A stretch of DNA of 22,375 nucleotides from Bugula neritina. Lineage: Eukaryota > Animalia > Bryozoa. The position numbers were made by a program, and so were the translations under genes. The DNA is taken from the NCBI GenBank assembly GCA_964035545.1, contig CAXIUT010000248.1:1-22375 (forward strand), read 5' to 3'. A model generated the notes under the pieces. It was not told the origin of the DNA, did not search any database, and saw only the letters and a program-made list of their open reading frames with translations. Of this stretch, positions 1-11,097 are shown piece by piece; the first letter of the stretch is position 1, and every line of letters begins with the position of its first letter.

Positions 1-71
1 CCCAACCCCAACCCCAACCCCAACCCCAACCCCAACCCCAACCCCAACCCCAACCCCAACCCCAACCCCAA
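1..71. repeat. Left telomere, (CCCCAA)n
   Basis: Perfect CCCCAA hexamers at the contig start, C-strand on +; Tetrahymena-type repeat. Confidence 0.97.
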
Positions 72-111
72 ATACTAATATTTTTAAATTATATCAATAT
101 TCATTTTTAAT

Positions 112-138
112 AATAATAAATGATAAATAATAAACAAA

Positions 139-217
<79 letters not shown>

Positions 218-258
218 ATGAATAAATAAATAAATAAATAAACAAATAAATAAACAAA

Positions 259-329
<71 letters not shown>

Positions 330-383
330 ATGATAAATGATAAATAAATAATAAATAATAAATAATAAATAAATAATAAATAA
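112..383. repeat. Subtelomeric (TAAA)n microsatellite
   Basis: About 270 nt of TAAA tetramers with occasional CAAA/TGA variants. Confidence 0.95.
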
Positions 384-397
384 GTCGATATATAGGA

Positions 398-1449
398 TCA
401 TTTTTTAGGAATGAAGCCTTTCGACAACTTAGTGCCAAATGTAAGTGATTGTCCAGCAGGAATTATTCCCTAAGTTTTTGGTTTACTAGGTCTAACAATC
501 TTTTTGAATATATGTTTAAACTTGCAGTCTTATCTAGTGCAACGATTTCCGTAAATACAATATACATGAATAAAAAGACAAGTATTACCGTATCTGCAAT
601 TAGGTTAATTTTTGCATAAGATTGTTGGATGGTAAAATGGACAATCTGGTTTGGTGCAAGCAGGAGCAAATTTACATTTTATTTTATTCTGTCCTTATAG
701 CTTTTTCTTTTTGTTTTAAGAGCCTTGAAGGCTAATAGATGTATAGCTCTTAATAGAAGGCTAGTCTTTTTTACTTGAGGCTTACAATTGTTACTTTTTT
801 TAATCTTTATGCTCCTTATTTGCTCTTTTATATAAAATACTGCCTTATTAGTTCTTTATTAATTTATTTCTAGGCTCTTCAGGCTCTTATTAAAGTTATT
901 CAATTCTTTGTTGTTTTCTACTGTTACTAAACAATTTCTTTTATTAAGATTTTTTTTCTTATTGATTTGTCTGATTTAAAATTTTAAAAAAAATCTATTT
1001 TGATAGATATTTGGTTGTAGTTAATTGCTATTTTGATTTTTTTCGAATGACATCAATAAATAGACTGTAACTACTTGTTATTTACTACCATTTGATCAAT
1101 TACTTTGAAAGATCATCAATTGTACATTACTTATTTAAATATTTTTCTGCTAGATTTGTCAATTTGTCTTTTTTTTATTAACTCAAAGCTGTAAAAGAAC
1201 CAATTTTTTTAATTTTTATAGAATCACATCAATATTTTAAGGATCTTCACTTTTATTATTGCTTTATTACTATTCTTATGATTCATTATTGCCATCAAGT
1301 AATATTTAAGCCTTCTATTATATTTTCTATAGCTAGGCAAGAAGTAAAGATTGTTTTGTAGTAGTTGTAGGAGGAGAAGATATTACTTATTCGGGTTAAT
1401 CTTAGTCGTTTGATTTTTTAAGATTGCTATTTAAAATATTGGAAGACAT
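398..1449 (-). CDS. NAB2: Nab2/ZC3H14-like poly(A) RNA-binding protein with three CCCH zinc fingers
   Basis: With TAR=Glu the C-terminus reads CKFAPACTKPDCPFYHPTILCKNEPNCRYGNTCLFIHVYCIYGNRCTREDCKFKH (C-x5-C-x4/5-C-x3-H fingers). ATG at 1449, TGA at 398-400. Needs one 1-nt frame correction at the T7 run 1204-1210, or a 62-nt intron. Confidence 0.8.
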
Positions 1450-1506
1450 AATAATATAATGTTAGATTTATTTTTTTTATAAAAAACTACCTATTTATAG
1501 AAATGA

Positions 1507-4500
1507 ATGTCAACTTCTAAGTTGATCTTTCATGATAACTCTACTATTGTCAATTAATTTTTATCTTATTTTATATTTTATATTTAATTTAATTTGTCTT
1601 TGGTGAATTAATTAGTTAAAAATAATAGTGGCAAGAAGATATCTATGAAAAACAGCATCATCAAAAAAGGAAAGCTTATGGTTGATTTATTCGTCAAAGA
1701 ATAAGTACAACGTAGCTTTGAAATCCATAGAGATTTAAAATCTTGTTTATCTCTACGTTCAGCTATGTCCGTTTTCAGAAATAGTGAAAGTCACATCATC
1801 GAAAACTAGAAAACTGCCTTTCTAGAGTTTTTAAACAACTACCCTTTGAGCTACAACTACAAGTTGCTCAATGGTCCTCTTTGTATATATCTAGAGGTAT
1901 TGAAACTTACATAATTATCTGTCTATTAAGAGGAACTGAGATGCTCCATCCTCAATAAACTTAGAGAATACACAAGTAGAGAAGGTAGACCTTTCATAGA
2001 AAATGAAATTCAACTACAAGAAAGTAAAATGTTAGCACGCATGAAGAAAGGACCTTTTGATGCAGTTCATGCAATGAACTTTTTTCATTATCACAAAGAT
2101 TCAACAAGTGACTTACTTCACTTCTGCATAGAATCTCTCAAAGGATCATAATACCATTTATTTCAGTCAGTTTTTCCTAAATTAACTCCTTTAGTCCTCA
2201 AAAGTAAATATCTATTGATCAAAGGATTGACTCTCAATGATTGGGGAGTTATTCGACGTTTTAAACACCTATTAGACTTTATAGTACATTAATGGAATCC
2301 TAAATCTATGCCAATTAAAATTAAAATAGAAAATTTTTATGTAAAAAATTGTTTATTTAGCTTGTTGCTCAGCTGCAATTGCATCTTCTAGGCTACAATA
2401 AAATACCATTAATAGTTAAGCATCTCATGGACGAGATTTGTATAATTTTAGAAAGAAAATAAAAAGGTGTTTTATCTATTTTAAATTTGCAGGTGGTTTT
2501 TTAATCATTCAAATATTTGCCAGGTAAGTATCATGAAAAAGCTTTCAATATGATAAAAATAAATATATTTTAAGCGCTAAAAGAGAACAAATAAGTCATT
2601 TATGCAGATAAACTACCCTACAACAAATTGAGTTAATAAGATATACGAGATTTCTATGAATTGATCTTTACAAAATAAGGTATTTCGAATCACTTTATTT
2701 TTGTTGGAAATAAATTTAGTGTTAGAAAATGGATATTAAAAACTAAATGCATAGATACACTATTCTAAGTATTTTCTCAATAATCAACTAATAGCAAAAA
2801 AAAATATTCACAAATGATAATTACCTGTAGCATTTTATAATAAGCCTTCTCTTAAGATAAAAATAAAACAAAGAAAATAAAATAATTATTCAAACAAATG
2901 CACAAAGACATCAACAGTCCATAAAAAAGAAATAAAATAGGGATGTATCTACCACTTGCCTCGATATTTCATCTGATCAAACTAGAAGAAAGATTCGAAT
3001 TAAATGTAGGAGCAAAGTAGTATTTTGACATTTTTGTAAAAAGAGAACACGAGTATGATTTACGATCTTTCCAATCAAACGTACTTGAAGCCTTAGAAAT
3101 ATATTTTAACACCAATAATAATACTATTCAACTCTTAATGAATTAAATCATCTCCAAAATGGCCATCAAGGCGAATAAATTTTACTTCTATCACTTTAGT
3201 AACTTTATCTTACTCCTTTAACGCTCAGGACACCAAAAATAATATACTAATACTCTAGATAAACTATATTCCAAATTAGATCAAAAAGATTGTCCATACT
3301 TTATAGAAATCTATAACAGATTTCCTCAAAAAACAATCAGACAAACATCTTCTGTCCTTCATCAAACTTACAAAAAAGATCCTTCTTTCAAAAGTTTAGG
3401 CAAGTTTTTAGTTTCTAATAATTATAGTTATTTTACCTCTCCTTTTGGCCTTCTATAATTCAAATTAAGAACTAAACTAAATTAATTATAACCTCTCTTA
3501 AACGTATTAATATTATTACTTAGATATAAGATTTAAAAGAATTCATGCCTTCTGAAGTCATATTTATTCTTAAATTTTGTAACAAGTTCCATCAAAACAT
3601 CCCAACTTTCTCAGAAAAAATACTATTACTTGCCTTCAACTATTTTGAAAATATTGATTTATCGAAATAAGGTATTAGAAATTCAGTAATGTTTATATAG
3701 GTAACATCGATTCTAATAAATTCTCTTGACCTTTTTCTCACATTCAAGGCTCCTATTTTAAAGTCACTTTAACGAGTAAAAGAATAATTTCCTTCAGTTA
3801 TGCTCGTAAAAGCTATTTAAGTTCAAATAAAATCTCTTTTTGAAGTGTCTAAAGAAAAAGATCAAATAATTTTAATAGTTGCTTAAATATTATAAGATTT
3901 ATCGAAAACTGGTTATTCAACTGTTAATTTCGATGTAATCCTAATCTTGATGAAACTGCATGCATTCTAGGTAATATAATTATCACCTCCTATCCTTAAT
4001 AAGCTATAAAAGATAGTCCTTGAGGCAGTTTCAGTAGGATAAGCTCGAATTAGTTAAATGATCACAAATATAAGGATAAACTTTCAAAAAGATAAATAAT
4101 TCAACATAAAAAGAGTATAACCTCTGCTTAATATTATGAAAGCCTGTCTAAAGAAGATCGGTAGAAATCAAAATTACTAATATTACTAAAATTTTATTGA
4201 TTTTGCTCATCGATGCAAAGATTCATAATTTTTGAGAAAAATACTAACACAAATGGCTAATCTACATCTCTATCCAGTTCAAGTAACCAATATCATGAAA
4301 ATATTAAATTTCTATCCTAATATTTAAATCAACTAGTTCAGATAAAAAATAGTTGTTTCAATAAAATTTAGTCTACATCTTTTTGATAATAATCTAATCA
4401 ATATTACATATATCTTACATTCACTTCGAAATTAAATACCAACTCATCAAGTAGATCTCTATAATTAATTCAAAACTTAATGTTAGTTATTGTTATTGGA

Positions 4501-5206
4501 AAAAACAAAAGTCTATTCTAAATAAAATATTCAAAGGAAATAATAAAAAACTTATAAAAAGAAAGATCAAGATTTATCTCTATTAGTCAAACAAATATTA
4601 CAATTTTTATGGATATCTATCAAAATTGACTAATTTAATGAGAACTCTTTTATTCTCTTTCGTTTTATTCTAAATCATTCAGAAAAAGTGTTTTATCTCT
4701 TCAAAAGTCTCAAACTTAAACAATTCCATTGGAAAAGTTTACTTTATATCTATCTAGCTTTCTCCAAAAAAATAAAAGTACATTTCTAATAAACTAACAC
4801 TCTCAATCATCCTGATTCTATCAAAAATAAAGAAATAATATTTTTCTTAGGCAAAATGTTCCCAGATAAAACAAGCTTAAATTCCAATTTTAACCATCTT
4901 GATCCTGAAGAGCAAAGTTAATTTTTGTAACAAATTATAGAACTTGGCCTGCATCCAGCTAAAAGTAGATAAGAAAAAGGTAACTGCTATATCTGCAACT
5001 GTTAAGTAGAAGGATAAACTTTCTCTGTTTGGCTTAGAATGAATGATAAAGAATATGGAATCTTTATAGCATAATAATCATACTTTAATTCTGAAAAAGA
5101 AAGAAAAGGTGTTTTCGATTTCATGACGAATGCAGTAAAAGCTGTTACTGACTTAAATATAATCATTGTAGCTCCAGGATAAAGCATTAAATCTCTAATT
5201 TCATGA
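1507..5206 (+). CDS. Large (about 1200 aa) predicted alpha-helical protein, possible C-terminal RAP-like domain
   Basis: Open frame without TGA after removing 20-nt introns 2341-2360 and 3504-3523; TGA at 5204-5206. Start may instead be ATG 1645. The RAP resemblance of the C-terminus is weak. Confidence 0.8.
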
Positions 5207-5276
5207 TTATCAGAAATAACTATAATAAATATATATTTAAGTGATAAATAAGAATGCAAATCAATAAAGGTAGATA

Positions 5277-6157
5277 TCAAAATTTTCCCTTGTAATCTCC
5301 CCTCCAAAAGTCTTAATCATCATTTTTCGCACTATAATTCAAAGGTTTCAATTTTGATTGAGTTTTAAGTTCTCTTGTTGGTTGTCTGTTCTGACTCTAT
5401 CGACTTGGTAATTCTACTCTTTGTATTCTTTGTTCTCTTAAATCCATTTTTTCATCAAAAAGATCGTCATTGGTAAAGAAACGGTTGAGAACAGCCTTGA
5501 TATCATTCATCCTATCTAAAGCTACTTTCATTTGAAGGTATTTGTTTTAAAGAGATTCTTTTTTTTCTTTGAATTAAGCAAAAGCAGCTTCTTGTTCTTT
5601 TAATTCGTTTTCTAAGTTTGCATTCTGTTCTTAAAAAGAGGTAATATCAGCATTAAGTTGTTCTTATTTAGTATTTTGCTAAGTAAGTCGATAAGTTATA
5701 TTTTTTTCCTCCCATTTAAGTTACTAATATCTACATAAAAATGTTGACTACCTTTGTTTAAACTAGTAATTTTTACTTTTCTCATCAGTTAACTACTCCT
5801 CTGCATCAACCTTCTGACTAATAGTTGTTGTAAGTATCTCAGTTAATTTTTATCTTATTTTTTATGGCAATCCTCGTTGATCAACTTCATATAACTTTTC
5901 AAGTTGAGAATTTCTTTGCTAGACTAAATTCGATATTTTTTATCTTTACTTAACTTATGAATCTAAAAGTTATTAAGTATCTCCAAGAGCATCCTATTTT
6001 AGAGAAAAAGTACTTCAGCCTGAGTGATTCGTTAAGAAAGATATTGAATAAGTTAGTTTTTATCTGTTGGGGCTTCAGTTTTTTACTGAATGCGTCTCAT
6101 TTCTTTGACATTGCTTTGAGGTTGCTCGACTGGAGCTTCTACTACTTCTTCTGACAT
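5277..6157 (-). CDS. Coiled-coil protein of unknown function
   Basis: MSEEVVEAPVEQPQS...; Glu/Lys/Gln-rich heptads; introns 5994-6013 (20 nt) and 5731-5751 (21 nt); ends DFWRGDYKGKF-TGA. Confidence 0.85.
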
Positions 6158-6318
6158 ATATATAAAATGACTAATTGCTAATAAAAGCCTTAAAAATCAT
6201 AAAAATAGTTTTAAAAAAGATTACCAAAAGTCAATGTGATTGACTAGTTATTAATAAAACTTAATTTTTTAATTATTTGATATTTTAAAAAGAATAAATA
6301 AATAGATGAACATAGAAA

Positions 6319-7473
6319 TCAGTCATAGGTATGCTTAGATGTTTTTGGGGCAACAGTAACTGCTAAAAAGGATTCAGCTATATAGTAGGTCCAGAAAACG
6401 TGAAGAAGTTGCAAGCAAGCCATCATAAAGACCATATATCTATAACAAGGAACAAGGATTTAGAACTAAAACTCTGACAATGTATCCTTCATTCCTTCAA
6501 TGAAAATACAATAAAAGCTGGGTATGATGCATGTCATTGCAAATAATACTAGTCTGCAGCCTACCCAACTGATAAAAGTATGAACAGCTAGTACATACAA
6601 AACATATTTCGAAGAATGTTTATAGTCCTGAATAAATGCATTGATACCTTATAGGCACGAGCTGATATTAAGCCAAAATCGCTATAATCATGAAGAATAA
6701 GTACTAAAATACCAACTAACCATTGGTTAGTAAGATAACTAAACATTATCAAAAAGATTGATAGTCCATGATGCAAAGCATATTAGAAAAAGTTACCTTC
6801 AGATCTGATGAAGACATGACCAAAGAAACGGCTAAAGTGTTTTCCAAATTGAGCGATGTAGTAGACTTTCATCTCTAAAGTAATTTGCATAACTTTTGGG
6901 ACAGTTTAAGTCATAGAATAAGGAGTTCCTAAACCTCCTAACCAAGTAGGCATAAAAGTTGTTTATTTGATAATTCTATACCCCCAAATCGATATAAAGA
7001 GGTAATAGACGATGGAATATGACCATTTGACTAAAGTATAGCACCTTTTTTTTCGTGATTATGGCTCTAAGTATTTTTGTTAAGTAATATAGTGCTTTTC
7101 ATACACATCATCCAGATAATAATGGAAAAGCCATTCAGCGACCTAACTAATATCAGTTTTACAAAGAATATTAGAGCATAAGGAAGACCATATAGAAGCA
7201 TTTCTGGAATATTTCCTTCTCGAATCGAATCAAAGTAAGGATGGGTCTGGAAGATATAAACTTTATGGAATATGTAAGCTGATCCTATGAAGATAAGAGC
7301 TAAAATTGCTCTAAAAAGGTATTCATATTTCTACATAGATGAACAATTAATTTAAAAACAGAGATCCCTTAAAGGATCTACTGAGTAATTTATGGTACTT
7401 TTTTAGAAGAGGTGGTAGGCTCTTCTTTGACAGGAGGAGTTAATTGTTCAGTTTAAGCATTAACTGTGGACAT
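6319..7473 (-). CDS. LAG1: Ceramide synthase (LAG1/LAC1, TLC domain), paralog 1
   Basis: Lag1 motif FFEYALHHGLSIFLIMFSY...GILVLILHDYSDFGL and multiple TM segments; introns 7331-7398 (68 nt), 7143-7162, 6628-6647; ends HTYD-TGA. Confidence 0.92.
7362..7379 (-). promoter_or_regulatory. Conserved intronic hairpin in intron 1 of ceramide synthase paralog 1
   Basis: Sense strand AGATCC-TTTAAG-GGATCT; same stem at the same intron position in all four paralogs. Regulatory function is inferred. Confidence 0.7.
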
Positions 7474-7617
7474 TTTGTTGATATTATTTCAATTTAAGTT
7501 ATAAAATTTGAGGTACTTTATCAGAACATATATTTATCGTTTTACTTTTTCAACTTATTTCATTAATATTAAATAATCAATTAACTTTTATCTAATTGCA
7601 TATTCAACTATCAAACT

Positions 7618-8751
7618 TCATTTATTCTTCTAAAGAACTGAGTTTAAAATCTTCTGCCTTTGATCTTCATTTTTTATCAGTTCAATATGTTTATTATTCC
7701 TTATTTTAATTAACACTTGATCTTTATCAAATTCAGGTTCACATTTCTAGCAAACGGGCTCACTTTTCTCACTAAGATAGAAAGGTATTGAATTAATTCT
7801 ATTTTCACATTGGAAGCAAAAAGCTTCACTAGATTTCTATTTTCCTTTTGGTTCTTGAATATCTTTTTTAAAACAACTTTTATTTAGGATTTCAGGTAAT
7901 CTTTGACTTATTTTTGCAAATAGAGATTGAATTAGATATTAATTATCAATCAAAGTCTAAATTATTTGATTATTAATTAAATTTTACTTTTTTTCAGGTT
8001 TATATTCTTAAAAGAAACCATTATTCGTCATTGAAGAGATATCTTTTGTTTATTTTTTATTTTCTTCTTCAGTCATAGAGCATATATCTATTTTCTATGG
8101 CTTCTTAATATCTAAAGCTTAGCCTTTTTCAGGCTAACTTTTATTTTTAATAGAATGATTGCTCTGTCCAGAAGATTCCATAAAAAAATCGTCTTAGTCT
8201 GAAGATGAATCAAACCGACGTTCCCAAGGTTTTGTATTTGGATCTTATACTTCTAATTTTTTTTATACATTTTATACTTGTAGTTACTTGATTTTATTAT
8301 TGGAGTTTTCAATAGATTAATTCTTTTTCAAACTCTATTATTGATTTATTTAGATTTTATTTTCTTAGATTGGAGATTATTCTTCTACACCTGACATATA
8401 AGTCGCCTTTATTGATTCAGATTCTTAAGATTCATCTAAAATATCTTTCTAGATCTTTTATTCATTTGATTCTTTATTAATCAAATACTCCTTATCCACT
8501 TTTATATCTACATGAAAGACTATTGTATCATTTTCAAGAGTTTGTTCCGCAATTGAATAATCTTATTCGATAGCAGCCATAATTAAATCATTTTCTGAAT
8601 CCACATAAAACACTTAATATTGAGATGGATTCAAACTTGTAATATCGAGAAGTGCTTTGTCTACTTTTTCCTTGACTACTGCTAAGTCCTCAATCGTGTG
8701 ACTGCTCAAGAGTTCTCCTTCTTTTTCTATTTAAAAGATGGCTTTAGGCAT
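7618..8751 (-). CDS. PB1-domain protein with degenerate ZZ-like zinc finger (p62/NBR1-like architecture)
   Basis: N-terminal OPCA-like motif YEVFYVDSENDLIMAAIEEDY; C-terminal CFQC-x18-CEKC...VLIKI; uninterrupted frame to TGA at 7618-7620. Confidence 0.75.
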
Positions 8752-8815
8752 TATACTTTAATAATAATAAACCTATCAAATAGCTTAGAATATATAAAAT
8801 AATGATAGTACCAAA

Positions 8816-9499
8816 TCAGAAATGTTCAACTTTTTTTAGCAACCTTACAGTATCATTTCTAAGTTATTGATTTTCTCTCTTAAGGTTATCGATTTAATAA
8901 AATATCTATTAAGGCAATTGAGAGGCTCTAGAAAGGGCTTGTCTAAGTCTTGCATTCTCTTGTTAGAGTTGTTGAGTTTGAAAATTGCCAGCCTGATTCA
9001 TTTGACACTCTCTTTTGAGATATTTGTTCTCTTATTCAAGGCGAGATAAGCGAGATATAAGGTCATCATTTCTGTTGTTTTCTTAGTTTATTCTATTTCT
9101 GAGAATCATTGGTTCTTCTTGAACATTTTTTCTTACATCTTGATAAGAATTAGGACCTCCAAAAAAGGTTGAAGTATTTTCTTTATCAGAGTAACTAAAG
9201 TTACTTCTAAAGTTGTCACGAATTTATGAGTTAATACTCTTTACTTCTCTAATAGCTGAGTTATTAAGTTCATTTTGATCTTCAAGATCTGTGATAACTG
9301 AGTCAATTGTTCTTCTAGCTTCTTCAAGGCGGGAAATATTTCTTGAAGGATAAGGAGATTGAGATCCAACTTCAGTACTTTTGTGTCCAGTATATGATTT
9401 ATTCAAGTTAGAGTAAGTTGGAGAGTTTGGTTTTCTATTGCTCCACTCAGTTTTAGAGTGGCTTTGTTGATGAGGACTGTAGAACATTTCACCTAACAT
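8816..9499 (-). CDS. Coiled-coil protein of unknown function
   Basis: The supplied ORF 9224-9499 continues through TAA=Glu to KKVEHF-TGA; repeats such as RLEEENKYLK, LEQENARLR, LKRENQELR. Confidence 0.85.
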
Positions 9500-9602
9500 T
9501 CTTCTTTAAAATTCTTTATAATAGAAGAATTAAAATTAGCTTACTAAACTTTATAATATATAATTAATTGATTGGTTATATTGAATTCAGATTTATCAAA
9601 TT

Positions 9603-9712
9603 TTGGGGTTGGGGTTGGGGTTGGGGTTGGGGTTGGGGTTGGGGTTGGGGTTGGGGTTGGGGTTGGGGTTGGGGTTGGGGTTGGGGTTGGGGTTGGGGTT
9701 GGGGGGGTTGGG
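9603..9712. repeat. Internal telomeric tract (TTGGGG) about 18 units, right-end orientation
   Basis: Perfect hexamers with one G7 variant near the right junction. Confidence 0.97.
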
Positions 9713-10081
9713 AAACAACTTTCTTCTGAAAATAAATTTGATCTTAACGAGTACAAGTCTGATATTCAATTTAAAGATGATAAGTCTGAATATTAGCTCA
9801 ATTACAGAAGACAAGTTGCGAGTTAGTTTGTATTCAGCAAATAAAGAGGCAATTAATACAATTTCATCTTCTTGATTAGTCATTATGGCATAAGCATATT
9901 CATTGCTTGAAGATTTAATAGCATCATCAAATCTTTTACAATTACCTTGAACTCTCTATTTGGAATTTAACCATTTTTGCAACAAAGTTTATTTTATTTC
10001 TTTATTAAATACTTTTTACTTTGGAGTAATTTTTATTCTTTATGAGAGACCACAGCTACTTTCATTATTTATATATTACAT
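9713..10081 (-). CDS. GNAT/GNA1-like acetyltransferase-fold protein, 5' part only, interrupted by the telomeric tract
   Basis: ATG 10081; EDEIVLIASLFAEYKLTRNLSSTYHLE resembles the GNA1 segment IVATGTLLIExKFIR...GHIE; 20-nt intron 9786-9805; the frame runs into the repeat as SQPPQPQPQ. Confidence 0.55.
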
Positions 10082-10089
10082 CGATATAA

Positions 10090-11097
10090 ATGGAGGCAGG
10101 ACAATGTGAACCAGTTCGTCCTTTTAACTTCTATTCACTTGAGGAGTTTGACTATCAACAACTCATCAGTCGAAGCCATTATTTTGTAGGTTAATATCTT
10201 AATAGATAAACTAAACTCAACCTTTGTGATTAAACAAATTCCCTATAGTTAAAAAAATGTGACATTCATAAAAAATTAGATAAGATTAGACATAATAACA
10301 TAACTCCTCTACTTGGGGTGAGTCTTCATAGATCAAAAACTAATTATCAAGAAGGACAAAGAATGAAACCTTAGATTAGAGATTCTAAAGAATATCTATC
10401 TTTGCTATTATTCATGGAAAAATATGAAATGAATCTTCAAGAGTATGTCGTTTATCGACGTAAAAAAAAATCAACCTTTCAATAGAGAATAAATTAGCAA
10501 CTTTTTAACTCAAATGGAATCTGTACTTGAAAAACTACAAACTAAAGGAATCTCACATAGAGATATTAAACCTTAAAATATTCTCTACAATAAAGGAACT
10601 TATCTCCTGATAGATTTTGATGATGCAATTTAAGTCAATTCAAAATAAAGACCTCAAGTCGAATTAACCACTGTCTAATATAGCTCACCTGAATTTTTAA
10701 AAACAATTAGAAACCCAAAAGATAAATATTATGATCCCTTCAAACTAGATCTGTATGCTTTAGGTTTAACTCTTCTCTACATGTGCTCGATGGAAGGTTT
10801 AGCTTACAAGAAAGATCTCAATATATCTATTAATCTAGTGAGAGATCTCATGCTGATTTTATAAAAGAATAAAGGCGTAAATGGGTGGCAAAAAATCGAT
10901 AATTTAAGCCATTTAATTTAATTTTAAAGATGTTACTTGAGGAAGACGAGTATAAACGAGATGACTTCGTTACTTTATCTATTAAAAATAAAAATCCAGG
11001 TGAATACGAAAGAGCATATTCTGACTACAATAAATCAGAAGATAAATCAACTGGTAGCAAAGCAACTACTAAGAAGAACAACAAGCCAAAAAAATGA
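10090..11097 (+). CDS. Protein kinase domain (divergent; DFD instead of DFG)
   Basis: Motifs FVIKQI, LFMEKYEMNL, HRDIKPENIL, LIDFDDA, YSSPEFL, DLYALGLTLL, LEEDEYKR; four 1-nt frame breaks at homopolymer runs; may continue into the RING region. Confidence 0.8.

Noticed and set aside
84-438. ORFs with (IYLF)n translation
   Set aside because: They are translations of the TAAA microsatellite; the real gene ends at TGA 398-400 in another frame
463-669. 68-aa hydrophobic ORF
   Set aside because: Wrong frame; the overlapping frame encodes the CCCH zinc fingers
9544-9883. ORFs with (PT)n, (GV)n, (PN)n, (LG)n
   Set aside because: Translations of the telomeric hexamer in different frames
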